Shown: one piece after another, positions 1 through 10,257 of the stretch
How positions within the stretch are numbered: the first letter of the stretch is position 1
Layout of the letters: each line of letters starts with the position of its first letter
From: Acidimicrobiia bacterium
GTDB taxonomy: Bacteria; Actinomycetota; Acidimicrobiia; Spongiisociales; ZC4RG35
Direction: 5' to 3'
Assembly: GCA_041747855.1 (NCBI GenBank)
Contig: JBGTEJ010000088.1
Location: 362 to 64,361 of the forward strand
Length of the DNA stretch: 64,000 nt
The notes under the pieces: model-generated
Database searches by the model: none
Told to the model about the DNA's origin: nothing
Seen by the model: only the letters and a program-made list of their open reading frames with translations
Made by a program: the position numbers and the translations under genes

Positions 1-1427
1 GACGGGCCGATCTTGTCGAGGAGGAGGTTCGGGTAGAGACCGATGACCAGGACCAAGGCCGCCAAGGGCGCAAGCAGACCGATCTCCCGTGGTGTCAGGT
101 CGGTGAGCGAACGGTTCTCTTCATGCACAGGGACTCCCGTGAACACACGTTGATACGCCCAGAGCATGTAGATGGCCGCCAGGACCACACCGGAGGCAGC
201 CACGATGGTGAGTGCGGGGAGGGTCAGATAGCTGCCGACAAGTACCAGGAACTCCCCCACGAACCCGTTGAGACCGGGAAGGCCGATGGAGGCGAGTGCC
301 ATGAAGAGGAAGAACCCGGCCAACATCGGCATCACCTTCTGAAGGCCTTCCAGTTCGCCGATCTGCTTGGTGTGACGGCGCTCGTAGATCATCCCCACCA
401 ACAGGAAGAGCGCACCCGTGGTCAGGCCATGGTTGAAGTTCTGAATGACCGCACCCTGCATGGAACCCGTGGTCAGGGCGAAAGTCCCCAGCACTATGAA
501 CCCGAGGTGACTCACCGACGAGTATGCGACCAGTCGTTTCAGATCGGGTTGGACGATGGCCACTAACGCCCCGTAGACGATCCCGATCACGGCGAGACTC
601 CCCATGATCCAAACCGCGTCTACCGATGCCTGAGGGAAGAGCAGCAGGTTGAAGCGCATCAATCCATAGGTCCCCAGCTTCAACATGACTCCGGCCAGGA
701 GGACCGAGCCAGCGGTGGGGGCTTCGGTGTGAGCGTCCGGCAGCCACGTGTGGAACGGGAAGAGGGGTACCTTGATGGCGAAGGCCAGTGCGAACACCGC
801 GAACAGCCATCGTTCCTGGCCCTGGCTCAGACCCACTTGCATCAGGTCGATCAGGGCCAGAGAGGGGGTGCCGGTGTCCCGCTGGAAGAAGGCCAGAGCG
901 ATGATCCCACCGAGCATCAGGGCCGATCCGAAGGCGGTGTAAATGAAGAACTTGGTGGCCGCGTAGACCCGTCTTTCGCTTCCCCAGAGGCCGATTATGA
1001 AATACATAGGGATGAGCACGGCTTCGAAGAAAATGAAGAAGAGGAAGAGGTCGAGGGCGAGGAAAGATCCGAACATTCCCGCCTCGAGAAGCAGAACAAA
1101 GACCACGAAGCCCTTCGCGCCCTTCTCTATCGATGTTGAGGCACCCAGCGAGATCGGGACGAGGAGCGCGGTGAGGAGGATCATCGGCAGGGAGATGCCG
1201 TCGACACCGAGACGCCATCCGACACCCCAGTTCTCGTACCAGATGGCGGTTTCGGAGAACTGAAAGCCTGCGGTCGGCCGGAACGCCCAGAACAGATAAC
1301 CCGCCAGGGCAAGAGGAGCTATCGAGATCACGACCCCAAGAGGAAGGTGGAGTTCCTTTCTCCGAGCCGGCACCAACGCCACGATGATCGCTCCGAGCAC
1401 AGGGAGCAGTATCAGCCAGGTCAGCAT
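1..1427 (-). CDS. nuoM: NADH-quinone oxidoreductase subunit M, C-terminus runs off the window edge
   Basis: Absent from the ORF track because no stop lies in the window. My reverse translation from ATG at 1427 reads MLTWLILLPVLGAIIVALVP...FFEAVLIPMYFIIGLWG...FAIKVPLFPFHTWLPDAHTEAPTAGSVLLAGVMLKLGTYG, an ND4/NuoM antiporter-like pattern. It lies 7 nt downstream of nuoL. Confidence 0.9.
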   Translation of the reverse strand, partial: MLTWLILLPVLGAIIVALVPARRKELHLPLGVVISIAPLALAGYLFWAFRPTAGFQFSETAIWYENWGVGWRLGVDGISLPMILLTALLVPISLGASTSIEKGAKGFVVFVLLLEAGMFGSFLALDLFLFFIFFEAVLIPMYFIIGLWGSERRVYAATKFFIYTAFGSALMLGGIIALAFFQRDTGTPSLALIDLMQVGLSQGQERWLFAVFALAFAIKVPLFPFHTWLPDAHTEAPTAGSVLLAGVMLKLGTYGLMRFNLLLFPQASVDAVWIMGSLAVIGIVYGALVAIVQPDLKRLVAYSSVSHLGFIVLGTFALTTGSMQGAVIQNFNHGLTTGALFLLVGMIYERRHTKQIGELEGLQKVMPMLAGFFLFMALASIGLPGLNGFVGEFLVLVGSYLTLPALTIVAASGVVLAAIYMLWAYQRVFTGVPVHEENRSLTDLTPREIGLLAPLAALVLVIGLYPNLLLDKIGP

Positions 1428-1434
1428 CTCTCCG

Positions 1435-3318
1435 TCACCCTCCCACCACCATCCAGATCATTAGGAGCAACGTGGCAACCATCAGGAATGCCGCATAGTT
1501 CCGAACCTGACCGGTCTGAAAGACCCTCATCCCCTGACCCGCACGCCGCACCAGGAACCCCAACCCGTTGACTGCTCCATCGATGGCCGGCAAATCGACC
1601 TTGAAGGCGGCCTTCTCGGCGAGCTTGAGACCCGGGGCTACCAACGTCGTGCCATAGATGTCGTCTACCCCGTATGCATCCTCCCAAAGACCCCAGACCC
1701 GTCCGAATCCCGATTCGAAACGTTCCCAATCTTCCTTGGGCCGGTTGTAGGCGAGGTAGGCGGCACCGATGCCACCGACCCCTGCCAGGACCGAGATACC
1801 TGCAAGGACGGCGAACATGAGCCATCCGGCCGGTGGATGGAGTACCCGGACCCCCTCGAAGGCCGGCTCCAGGAAGTGTTCCAGGGTGAATCGGAGCGGT
1901 GTGTTGACGAGACCTCCAACCATGGTGAGGACGGCCAGAACCACAAGGGGAACGGTCATGACCCGTGGCCCTTCATGGGGGTGAGCGTCGTCGGCCCAGC
2001 GAGGCTCGCCGAGGAACACGAGGACCCACTGACGGGTCATGTAGAAGGCCGTGATGAAAGCGGTGATCAGCCCAACCAACCAAAGGACGGAAAACCACCC
2101 GCCACGGTTGAAGAGACTGCCCAGGATCTCGTCCTTGGACCAGAAACCGGCGAGAGGGGGTATGCCTGAGATGGCCAGTGTTGCGATACCCATGGTCACC
2201 GCGGTCACCGGCATCTTCTTGAACAGGCCTCCCATCTTGCGCATGTCCTGTTCGTCGTTCAGGGCATGGATGACCGCCCCCGCACCGAGGAACAGAAGGG
2301 CCTTGAAGAAGGCATGGGTCATCAGGTGGAAGATCCCGGCGACATACGCGGTGGCTCCCACCGCCATGAACATGTATCCGAGTTGAGACACCGTCGAGTA
2401 GGCCAGGACCTTCTTGATGTCGCGTTGGGCGAGGGCGATCGTCGCCGCCCAGATGGCCGTCGCCGCACCGACAGTGGCGATGGTGACCTGTGCGGTTGTC
2501 GAGAGTTCGATGATCGGGGCAGACCGGGCGATCAGATAGACGCCGGCTGTGACCATGGTGGCGGCGTGGATGAGGGCCGAGACGGGAGTCGGGCCCTCCA
2601 TGGCGTCGGGAAGCCAAACGTACAGCGGGATCTGGGCGGACTTGCCTGCGGCCCCGAGCAGCAACAAGAGACCCACCGCGGTCGCCAGACCGGCACCGAG
2701 TTGGCTGGCCTCCCCGAAGATCCCCTCCATGGACAGCGTCCCGAAGACGGCGAACAGGATCATCATTGCGACCAACATCCCGAGGTCACCGATCCGGTTC
2801 ACCACGAACGCCTTCTTGGCGGCGCCCGCTGCCGACTCCCCGGTGAACCAGAACCCGATCAGCAGATAGGAACACAATCCCACCAACTCCCAGCCGAGGA
2901 AGAGCATGGCGAAGTTCCCGGCGAGAACCAGTGTCAGCATCGAGGCGGCGAACAGATTCAGGTAGGTGAAAAAGCGATGGAATCGGTCGTCGCCGTGCAT
3001 GTAGCCAATCGCGAACGCATGGATCAGGGCGCCCACCCCAGTGACCACGAGTGTCATCAGTGCAGCCAACGGATCCCAGAGGATCTCCAGATTGGCCCCG
3101 ATCGCCGGCATCCACTCCCAGAGCAGGATGCCCTGCCCGTGGTCGGTCCCCTGTAAGAAGGGCAGTGTGGCCACCAGGGCGACCGCGAAGGCTCCAGCGA
3201 TGGCAAGACTGGCGACCACCCCGGGCAAGGGCGCCTTGAGGAATCGCCCGAAGAAGTGAAGGAAAACCGCTCCGGCGAGTGGCAGAGCGATTACCAGCCA
3301 GATGTACTCGGTGATCAC
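1435..3318 (-). CDS. nuoL: NADH-quinone oxidoreductase subunit L
   Basis: 627-aa polytopic ORF with an ND5/NuoL pattern (WLPDAMEGPTPVSALIHAATMVTAGVYL). Its start overlaps the nuoK stop. Confidence 0.95.
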   Translation of the reverse strand: MITEYIWLVIALPLAGAVFLHFFGRFLKAPLPGVVASLAIAGAFAVALVATLPFLQGTDHGQGILLWEWMPAIGANLEILWDPLAALMTLVVTGVGALIHAFAIGYMHGDDRFHRFFTYLNLFAASMLTLVLAGNFAMLFLGWELVGLCSYLLIGFWFTGESAAGAAKKAFVVNRIGDLGMLVAMMILFAVFGTLSMEGIFGEASQLGAGLATAVGLLLLLGAAGKSAQIPLYVWLPDAMEGPTPVSALIHAATMVTAGVYLIARSAPIIELSTTAQVTIATVGAATAIWAATIALAQRDIKKVLAYSTVSQLGYMFMAVGATAYVAGIFHLMTHAFFKALLFLGAGAVIHALNDEQDMRKMGGLFKKMPVTAVTMGIATLAISGIPPLAGFWSKDEILGSLFNRGGWFSVLWLVGLITAFITAFYMTRQWVLVFLGEPRWADDAHPHEGPRVMTVPLVVLAVLTMVGGLVNTPLRFTLEHFLEPAFEGVRVLHPPAGWLMFAVLAGISVLAGVGGIGAAYLAYNRPKEDWERFESGFGRVWGLWEDAYGVDDIYGTTLVAPGLKLAEKAAFKVDLPAIDGAVNGLGFLVRRAGQGMRVFQTGQVRNYAAFLMVATLLLMIWMVVGG

Positions 3319-3617
3319 CCTTGCATCTCTCCCAGATCATCCACCGAGGCGGTTGAACGAAGTCTGAAGATCGAGACGATGATGGCCAGACCGACAACTA
3401 CTTCGGCGGCGGCCACGACCAGAATGAAGAAGACCGCAACCTGACCGTTGATGTCGTTCATGGCCCGTCCTGCCGAGATCAAAGTCAGGTTTACCGCGTT
3501 GAGCATCAGTTCGATGCACATGAACATGACCAGCACACTGCGTCGCATGAGGAGACCGACCGCACCGATTCCGAAGAGACTGGCGGCCAAGGCCATGTAC
3601 CACCCGGGGTCGACCAT
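3315..3617 (-). CDS. nuoK: NADH-quinone oxidoreductase subunit K
   Basis: ORF 3315..3710 trimmed to the internal Met (MVDPGWYMALAASLFGIGAVGLL...). That ATG overlaps the nuoJ stop (ATGA at 3617). About 100 aa, 3-TM, ND4L-like. Confidence 0.9.
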   Translation of the reverse strand: MVDPGWYMALAASLFGIGAVGLLMRRSVLVMFMCIELMLNAVNLTLISAGRAMNDINGQVAVFFILVVAAAEVVVGLAIIVSIFRLRSTASVDDLGEMQG

Positions 3618-4141
3618 CAGGTGTCCCTCCGCCGGTAGTGGGCAAGGGCGACGGCACCGGCCGCAGCGATGGTCAACAGCAGGGCAGTGGCCTCGAAGGC
3701 GAGCACCCAATCGGTGAACAACGGCTCGGCTATGGCCTGGATGGTGCCGTTGGTCAGGTTCGGGTTCGGGCTGGCAACGGCCGCCGGAACCCAGACGAAG
3801 CTCCCACTGAAGGTCACCGCAGCAGCGAGGACCACTATCAGCAATCCCACACCGAGGATGAGCGCCCTCTGGTGGGGCAACTGCTCGTCACGGACTTCGC
3901 TCTTGTCGACCCCTATCAACATGATGACGAAGAGGAACAGGGTCATTACCGCCCCGGCGTAGACGATCACCTGGACTGCCGCCACGGCATGGGCCAGATG
4001 GACCACATAGAGGACCGCCACCGAGAATAGTGTCGCCAGTAAACCCATGGCCGAGTAGACCGGGTTGCGGGCGAGCACCACAGTCAGCGCACCGGCGATC
4101 GCTCCGGCACCCATCAAGACGAAGAGGACAGCCTCAACCAT
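3617..4141 (-). CDS. nuoJ: NADH-quinone oxidoreductase subunit J
   Basis: ORF 3617..4309 trimmed to MVEAVLFVLMGAGAIAGALTVVLARNPVYSAMGLL (ND6-like). The upstream part of the ORF overlaps nuoI in another frame. Confidence 0.85.
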   Translation of the reverse strand: MVEAVLFVLMGAGAIAGALTVVLARNPVYSAMGLLATLFSVAVLYVVHLAHAVAAVQVIVYAGAVMTLFLFVIMLIGVDKSEVRDEQLPHQRALILGVGLLIVVLAAAVTFSGSFVWVPAAVASPNPNLTNGTIQAIAEPLFTDWVLAFEATALLLTIAAAGAVALAHYRRRDT

Positions 4142-4784
4142 CGCTGTCGTCCTTGGACCGGTCACCGACTTCCTGCGAGGGTTCCGGTGACCAATCGCCC
4201 CGTCCGGGGGTACCACGCCACATGACAGTCCCTTGATACGAGGCCAAACCGGAGGGTGCTGTTGCCCGTAGCCACCCGTCAGCCGTGTCCAGCTCTGCCA
4301 GGTCGGCAAGCGAGTCCTCGGGGAACATATGGGGGACCCGTCCCTTCTCGTCCATCAGCAAGGTCTCCTTGGTGTAGATGGCGTCCTCACGGTTGGTCGT
4401 CGACATCTCGAAGAGGTGGGTCATTGTGATTGCCTCAGTCGGACAAGCCTCTACACAAAGACCGCAGAAGATGCACCGCAGCAAGTTGATCTCGTATACG
4501 AAACCGAACCGTTCGCCCGGTGACACCGGGTTCTCCGGGTCGTTGTCCTGACCCCGAACATAGATACAGTCGGCCGGACACGCACCGGCACAGAGCTGAC
4601 ACCCGATGCACTTCTCCATACCGTCCGAATAGCGGTTGAGGACATGTCGCCCATGGAACCGCTGCGGCTTCTCACGCATCACGTCGGGGTATGGGGTGGT
4701 CACCATCTCACGGCCGGTGATGGTCCGGAGCATCGTCCCACCCGTGACCCGAAGGCCTTTTATCAGTTCTGCGAGCACACCCAT
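4134..4784 (-). CDS. nuoI: NADH-quinone oxidoreductase subunit I (2x[4Fe-4S]) with a C-terminal extension
   Basis: Two ferredoxin motifs, CIGCQLCAGACP and CIFCGLCVEACP. Position between nuoH and nuoJ. Confidence 0.9.
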   Translation of the reverse strand: MGVLAELIKGLRVTGGTMLRTITGREMVTTPYPDVMREKPQRFHGRHVLNRYSDGMEKCIGCQLCAGACPADCIYVRGQDNDPENPVSPGERFGFVYEINLLRCIFCGLCVEACPTEAITMTHLFEMSTTNREDAIYTKETLLMDEKGRVPHMFPEDSLADLAELDTADGWLRATAPSGLASYQGTVMWRGTPGRGDWSPEPSQEVGDRSKDDSDG

Positions 4785-4788
4785 AGCT

Positions 4789-5883
4789 TCAACTCCAGGG
4801 AAGACCGAATTGTCGGATACCCATGACCACTGTCGACACCATCAACCAGATGAGAGCGGTCGGGATCAGACCCTTCCAGCCCAAGACCATGAGCTGGTCG
4901 TATCGGAGCCGGGGCAGTGTGGCCCGGATCCAGATGAACAGGAAAACGATCAGATACGTCTTCATCAGAAACCAAAGGGTGGGGAGGACCGCCGAGACCA
5001 ACCCGGGAACGATTCCTTCGAGGGTGGGGCCGTTCCACCCCCCGAGGAAGAGGGTGGCCGCTACCGCCGACATCGAGAAGATGTTGATGTACTCGGCGAG
5101 GAAGAACATGGCGAATCTCATACCGGAATACTCGGTGTGGAATCCGCCCACTATCTCCTGTTCGGCTTCGACCAGGTCGAAGGGCGCCCTGTTGGTTTCG
5201 GCGACGATGGCAATGAAGAAGATGACGAAGGCGATGATCTGGGGGAAGATGTTCCATCGTGGAACCCAGGCGAAGATGGGCAGGATGTCACCCCAGTTGC
5301 CGCTCTGCCGGGCCACGATCTCGTTGAGTGACAGAGTTCCACCGTCACCCTGGGTGGCGCTGAACACCACCACCGAAACCATCGCCAAACCCATCGCCGC
5401 CTCGTAGGAGATGGCCTGGGCGGTTGCCCTGACACCGCCGATCAGTGGGTACTTCGAGCCGGACGACCACCCGGCCAGCACCACCGCGTAAACCGCCAAC
5501 GACGACATGGCGAGGATGAACAGCAGTCCGATGTTCAGGTCGGCCCCCTGGAGAGCGACCTCCTGGCCCCCGAGCGTGAACGGACGGCCCCACGGGACCA
5601 TCATGAAGATGAGGAAGGCGGGCACGACAGCCAGGAACGGCGCCAGGATGTACATGCCCAACTCGGCCTTCCGTGGCGTTATCGATTCCTTGAAGAACAA
5701 TTTGAGGCCGTCGGCGACAGTCTGGAGGATCCCCCATGGCCCGGCCCGGGACGGACCGATCCGACTCTGCATGTCGGCCAGCACCTTGCGCTCCAGCCAG
5801 ACGTTGACCAAGGTGACCGTCATCAGCAGGCCGAAGGTGAGCAGCACCCTGAGGAGCACGATCCCGATCTCTGCCCAGGTCAT
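4789..5883 (-). CDS. nuoH: NADH-quinone oxidoreductase subunit H
   Basis: 364-aa polytopic ND1-like ORF (WLERKVLADMQSRIGPSRAGPWGILQ...AETNRAPFDLVEAEQEIVGGFHTEYSGM). Confidence 0.95.
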   Translation of the reverse strand: MTWAEIGIVLLRVLLTFGLLMTVTLVNVWLERKVLADMQSRIGPSRAGPWGILQTVADGLKLFFKESITPRKAELGMYILAPFLAVVPAFLIFMMVPWGRPFTLGGQEVALQGADLNIGLLFILAMSSLAVYAVVLAGWSSGSKYPLIGGVRATAQAISYEAAMGLAMVSVVVFSATQGDGGTLSLNEIVARQSGNWGDILPIFAWVPRWNIFPQIIAFVIFFIAIVAETNRAPFDLVEAEQEIVGGFHTEYSGMRFAMFFLAEYINIFSMSAVAATLFLGGWNGPTLEGIVPGLVSAVLPTLWFLMKTYLIVFLFIWIRATLPRLRYDQLMVLGWKGLIPTALIWLMVSTVVMGIRQFGLPWS

Positions 5884-8318
5884 TTGACCACCGTCACTCG
5901 TACCACCGGGTCGGTCCCCAGCTTCGTCGCCCCCCGTTGATTCAGCGGCACGTATACGACACCGGGCGGTGTCCCGTCGTCGATCACCGCGGAGAACTCT
6001 CCCTCACCCGTCGTGGTAACCAGGTGGACCGACGCTCCCTGACGGACCCCCAGTCCCGGAGCATCTCCAGGGTTGATATGGGCGACAGGCCCGGGGCCAA
6101 GTCCCGCCAGGGACGGTGAGTGACGGAGTCGAATCCCGAAGTCATACATCACTCTCGAGGTGTGAAGCGTCAATTGCGCCTGGGGTGGCCGATTGCCGGA
6201 AAGAACCACCGGGATGTAGGTCAAGGGCTGGGAACCACCTTCAGGCACGATGACACCGTTGCGGTGTTCCCAGTCGAGGGAGTCCCAGGTGATTCCCGCA
6301 TAAGCCGGTGCCACCGCCGTGATTTCCTTCGCCGCGATCTCCGCCGTTCCCAGACCCAACTCGAAGCCCATGAGGGAGGCGATATCGGAAAGGGCGGCCC
6401 GATCGGATCGCGCCTGACCGGGCGCCGGCTTCACCTGATTCACCTTCTGGACCCGCCCCTCGCAGTTGGTGATGGTGCCCTCTGACTCAGTCAGAGTCGC
6501 GGCGGGGAGAATGACATCGGCATGCTGGTTGGAGTCGTGGATGAAAGTGTCGATCGAGATCAGATACTCGGCCGACTCGAGCGCCTCAGCCGCCAGCCGG
6601 TGGTCAGGGAAGTCTCCGACCGGGTCGGCGCCAACCAGCAGGAGGGCACGGATGTCACCGGATTCGAGACCTTCAAGCATCGACCCGGTGTCACGACCCG
6701 GCTTGCTCGGGACGTCACCCCACACCGCCATCAGCGCTCCGGCACCGGCGGAGTCGACGGCCACCCTGCCCGGGAACAGGTTCGGGGCCACACCCATGTC
6801 GAGGGCTCCGTAGCTATTCGCCCTCGAGATGAGTGGGAGCAGACGGGCCTGAATGGCGGTCTGACGGATGTACGCGGCGACCGATTCAGCCAGCTTGGGG
6901 TCGTCGGCGAGGTTGGCGGCACCGATGAGGGCAACCACCCTGCCCGTGAGCATTTCACCAAGTTCCGGATGCTCCCCTGCCATGATCTCCTCGAGAAGCC
7001 CGAATCCCCCACCCGGCCGATATTGCAACTTGAGGCTGGCGCGATCGTCCAGACCGGTCCTCCTTGGGTGGATGACAATCAGTCTGACTCCCAGCTCCTG
7101 TGCGGCGCGGCGCACCCGCAGATAGAGCGTCGGGTATTCCTCTTTGAGATCCGGCCCCCACACCAAGATGGTGTCGGCAGTGTCGAGATCGTCGATGGTG
7201 GCACGGTCAGCTGTGGCCGCCAGAAGATGAGATGACAGCGCCTGGTCGGTCCGGCAATCGATGTTGTTCGTCCCGAGGACGACCCTGGCGAACTTTGACA
7301 AGGCATAGGCGTCCTCGTTGGTCCCCTGGGCGCCGCCGATGACGGCGAGGGCCCCTCCACCGTCCTCGCCCTTGATCAGGTCAAGACGATTGGCCACGAT
7401 CTCGAGGGCCTCCCGCCAGCTCACCTCCTCGAAGTCTCCCTCGCGTCGGACCAAGGGTTTTGTCAGGCGGTGTTCAGAATCCAGGTACTCGAAACCGAAC
7501 CGGGCCTTGTCCGACAGCCAGCCGTGATTGGTCTCCGGATTGTCGACACCGGTGTACCGGAGAACCTGGTTGTGACTGGCATGTACTTCGATCCTCGGGT
7601 GGGCGGTGTCGAACAGGGAACTGCTCTCGACCTTCACCAGGTCCCAGGGGCGAGCCTTGAAACGGTAGGGCTTGGCGGTGAGGGCCCCCACCGGACAGAT
7701 CTGAACTGTGTTGCCTGAGAAGTAGGAGGAGAACGGAAGATCGGGGAAAGTGTTGATCTCGGTCTGATTCGCCCTCTCCTTGAATTCGATCAGCGGATCA
7801 CCGGAGATCTCGTCGGAGAACCTGGTGCATCGGGCGCACAGGATGCATCGTTCCCGGTCGAGAAACACCAGGTCCGAGATGGGGATGGGCTTCTCGAAGG
7901 TCCGCTTGATCTCGACGAAACGACTCTCGCCCGGACCGTATGCAAACGCCTGATCCTGGAGTGGGCACTCACCACCCTTGTCGCATACGGGGCAGTCGAG
8001 GGGATGGTTGGCGAGGAGGAACTCGAGGATCGCCTCCTGGGCCTTCTTGACATCGTGGTTCAGGGTGTCGACCACCATCCCATCGGCAACGGTGTTGGTG
8101 CAGGCGGTGATGATCGCCGGCCCCCTGGGGGTCTCCACCTGCACCAGACACATCCGACACATCCCGACCGGCTTCATCCGTTCGTGCCAGCAGAACCGGG
8201 GAATGTAGGTGCCGTGATCCTGAGCCGCCTGGATCAGGAGTTCACCCGACGGGACCTGCTTCTCGACACCGTCGATGGTGATGGTGACCATTTCGGGTGT
8301 CGGCTGCGGGGTCGTCAC
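5880..8318 (-). CDS. nuoG: NADH-quinone oxidoreductase subunit G
   Basis: 812 aa. N-terminal Fe-S cysteine clusters (CWHERMKPVGMCRMC, HPLDCPVCDKGGEC, CILCARCTRF) followed by a molybdopterin-oxidoreductase-like body. Confidence 0.95.
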   Translation of the reverse strand: MTTPQPTPEMVTITIDGVEKQVPSGELLIQAAQDHGTYIPRFCWHERMKPVGMCRMCLVQVETPRGPAIITACTNTVADGMVVDTLNHDVKKAQEAILEFLLANHPLDCPVCDKGGECPLQDQAFAYGPGESRFVEIKRTFEKPIPISDLVFLDRERCILCARCTRFSDEISGDPLIEFKERANQTEINTFPDLPFSSYFSGNTVQICPVGALTAKPYRFKARPWDLVKVESSSLFDTAHPRIEVHASHNQVLRYTGVDNPETNHGWLSDKARFGFEYLDSEHRLTKPLVRREGDFEEVSWREALEIVANRLDLIKGEDGGGALAVIGGAQGTNEDAYALSKFARVVLGTNNIDCRTDQALSSHLLAATADRATIDDLDTADTILVWGPDLKEEYPTLYLRVRRAAQELGVRLIVIHPRRTGLDDRASLKLQYRPGGGFGLLEEIMAGEHPELGEMLTGRVVALIGAANLADDPKLAESVAAYIRQTAIQARLLPLISRANSYGALDMGVAPNLFPGRVAVDSAGAGALMAVWGDVPSKPGRDTGSMLEGLESGDIRALLLVGADPVGDFPDHRLAAEALESAEYLISIDTFIHDSNQHADVILPAATLTESEGTITNCEGRVQKVNQVKPAPGQARSDRAALSDIASLMGFELGLGTAEIAAKEITAVAPAYAGITWDSLDWEHRNGVIVPEGGSQPLTYIPVVLSGNRPPQAQLTLHTSRVMYDFGIRLRHSPSLAGLGPGPVAHINPGDAPGLGVRQGASVHLVTTTGEGEFSAVIDDGTPPGVVYVPLNQRGATKLGTDPVVRVTVVK

Positions 8319-9637
8319 TCTTCCTCCCCGCTGGTATGAGTGGACTCTCCGAACGGGCAGTGCCCGAGTTCGACATGACGGTCGACCTCGTCCCGGAAGT
8401 AGTCCTTGAGGGCCTTGATCGGTGACACCGCGGACGGTCCGAGGGGGCAGATGGTGGTCATCTTGGGTGGCCAGCCGAGACCGATGCTGATGCCGTCGCT
8501 GACGTCGATCAACAGGTCGAGGTCGACCGCCCTCCCGCTTCCCTCCTCAATCCTTCTCAGGATCATCTCGAGCCAGGTAGTGCCCTCCCGACAGGGTGTG
8601 CACTGGCCGCAAGACTCGTGGGCGAAGAATCTGACGATCCTCTCCGCCGCCCTGACCATGCAGGTGTCCTCGTCCATGACTATCACAGCACCCGATCCGA
8701 GCATCGAGCCTGCCCCGGCCGTGGCCGCGGCGGTGATCTCGAGGTCGAGATGATGCTCGGGGACGAACCAGGGAGCGGATGCCCCACCCGGGATCCATGC
8801 TTTCAAGGCCTTGTCGCCTTTGATGCCCCCACCGACCTCGTAGATGAGCCGACGCCATGTGATCCCGTGGGGTAGCTCGTAGTTGCCTGGCTTCCGGACA
8901 TGACCGGACAGACACATCATGAAGGTCCCGGTGTCCGTTGAGTCTGATATGCCGGCGAACCCGGCAGCCCCCATCGAGAGCACATGCGGGAGGTTGGAGA
9001 CCGTCTCCACGTTGTTGACGATGGTGGGTGCCATGTAAAGGCCTTTGGCAGCCGGGAAGTAGGGCGGTTTCAGTCTGGGCTCACCCCTGAACCCTTCCAG
9101 GGAGTTGAGGAGGGCGGTCTCCTCACCACAGATGTATGCCCCCGCCCCGAGATGGATGGTCACTTCCAGATCGTGATCGGATCCGAAGATCCCCTTGCCG
9201 AGGTATCCGGCCGCGTACGCCTCGTCGACTGCTGTCTGGACCCGGCGGGCCGGTTTCGAGTATTCGCCTCTGATGTATATGAAAGCGTGTCGAACCTCGT
9301 TGGCGATCGAAGCGATGATGATCCCCTCGATCATCTGATGCGGGTCGCGCTCGAGGAGTTGACGATCCTTGAAGGTGCCCGGCTCCGACTCGTCGGCGTT
9401 GACCACCAGATAGGACGGTCGAGGCTGGGCCAGGAAACTCCATTTCAGCCCGGCCGAGAAGCCTGCCCCACCACGTCCGAGCAGACCTGACGCTTTCACC
9501 TCTTCGACCAGTTGCTCACGGCTGAGGTCCATCGCCCTCCGGACCTGGTCATAGCCGCCTGTGGACAGGTACCGGTCCAGGGTGTGTGAATCGGCCGGAT
9601 TCTCGACCATGCGTCTGGTGACCACGAGTTGACTCAT
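8315..9637 (-). CDS. nuoF: NADH-quinone oxidoreductase subunit F
   Basis: GAGAYICGEETALLNSLEG (FMN/NADH site) and ESCGQCTPCREG (4Fe-4S) motifs. Confidence 0.95.
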   Translation of the reverse strand: MSQLVVTRRMVENPADSHTLDRYLSTGGYDQVRRAMDLSREQLVEEVKASGLLGRGGAGFSAGLKWSFLAQPRPSYLVVNADESEPGTFKDRQLLERDPHQMIEGIIIASIANEVRHAFIYIRGEYSKPARRVQTAVDEAYAAGYLGKGIFGSDHDLEVTIHLGAGAYICGEETALLNSLEGFRGEPRLKPPYFPAAKGLYMAPTIVNNVETVSNLPHVLSMGAAGFAGISDSTDTGTFMMCLSGHVRKPGNYELPHGITWRRLIYEVGGGIKGDKALKAWIPGGASAPWFVPEHHLDLEITAAATAGAGSMLGSGAVIVMDEDTCMVRAAERIVRFFAHESCGQCTPCREGTTWLEMILRRIEEGSGRAVDLDLLIDVSDGISIGLGWPPKMTTICPLGPSAVSPIKALKDYFRDEVDRHVELGHCPFGESTHTSGEEE

Positions 9638-10257
9638 GGTTTGCCCTCATCGCCAACGGTGCCAAGTGGCTGGAAGGCGGGGAACGGGCCGACCGCCCCT
9701 GCTTCTTCGCGTATCGCCCAGTCGAACGATTGGCGACCACCGAACAACCCCTGCATCTCATCGCAGTTCACTACTTCGGGACGGGCGTCCTTGAGCCATC
9801 GGACCAGCGAACGCGCTTTGTCGGGGGTGACCCCCTCGATGGTCTCGTAGTTGACCTGTACCGCCACCGCACCACCGCACGCCCCGATACATTCGACATG
9901 CTCGACCGAGACCAGCCCTTCATCGTCGGTCTCCCCATGGGGAACACCCGACTCGTCTTCGATGGCGTGGAGCACATCGTCGCCTCCGAGCAGCATGCAG
10001 CTGATCGAAGTGCAGCACGAGACCAGGTATTTGCCGGTCCGCTCCCGCTTGTACATGGTGTAGAAGCTGGCCACTGCCTGGACCTGTGCCTCGGTGATCC
10101 CACACCAGGCCGCCACCTCGGTCATCCCCTGTTCGGTCAGATAACCGTCTTCGGCCATGGCCAGATAGAGCAAGGGCATGACGGCGGAGCGCCTTTGCGG
10201 ATATCGGGCGATGATCGCCCTGGCACGCTCCTGGGTGGCCGCCGGCCAGTAGCTCAA
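9634..10257 (-). CDS. nuoE: NADH-quinone oxidoreductase subunit E
   Basis: 24-kDa-type thioredoxin-like 2Fe-2S pattern (VSCCTSISC...VECIGACGGA). Overlaps both nuoF and nuoD. Confidence 0.9.
   Translation of the reverse strand: MSYWPAATQERARAIIARYPQRRSAVMPLLYLAMAEDGYLTEQGMTEVAAWCGITEAQVQAVASFYTMYKRERTGKYLVSCCTSISCMLLGGDDVLHAIEDESGVPHGETDDEGLVSVEHVECIGACGGAVAVQVNYETIEGVTPDKARSLVRWLKDARPEVVNCDEMQGLFGGRQSFDWAIREEAGAVGPFPAFQPLGTVGDEGKP

Noticed and set aside
121-1218. 365-aa minus-strand ORF (MASRCRRHLPADDPPHRAPRP...) and several plus-strand ORFs across 1..1430
   Set aside because: The Arg/Pro/Gly-rich composition is typical of out-of-frame translation of GC-rich DNA. Another minus-strand frame gives a canonical NuoM sequence over the whole interval.
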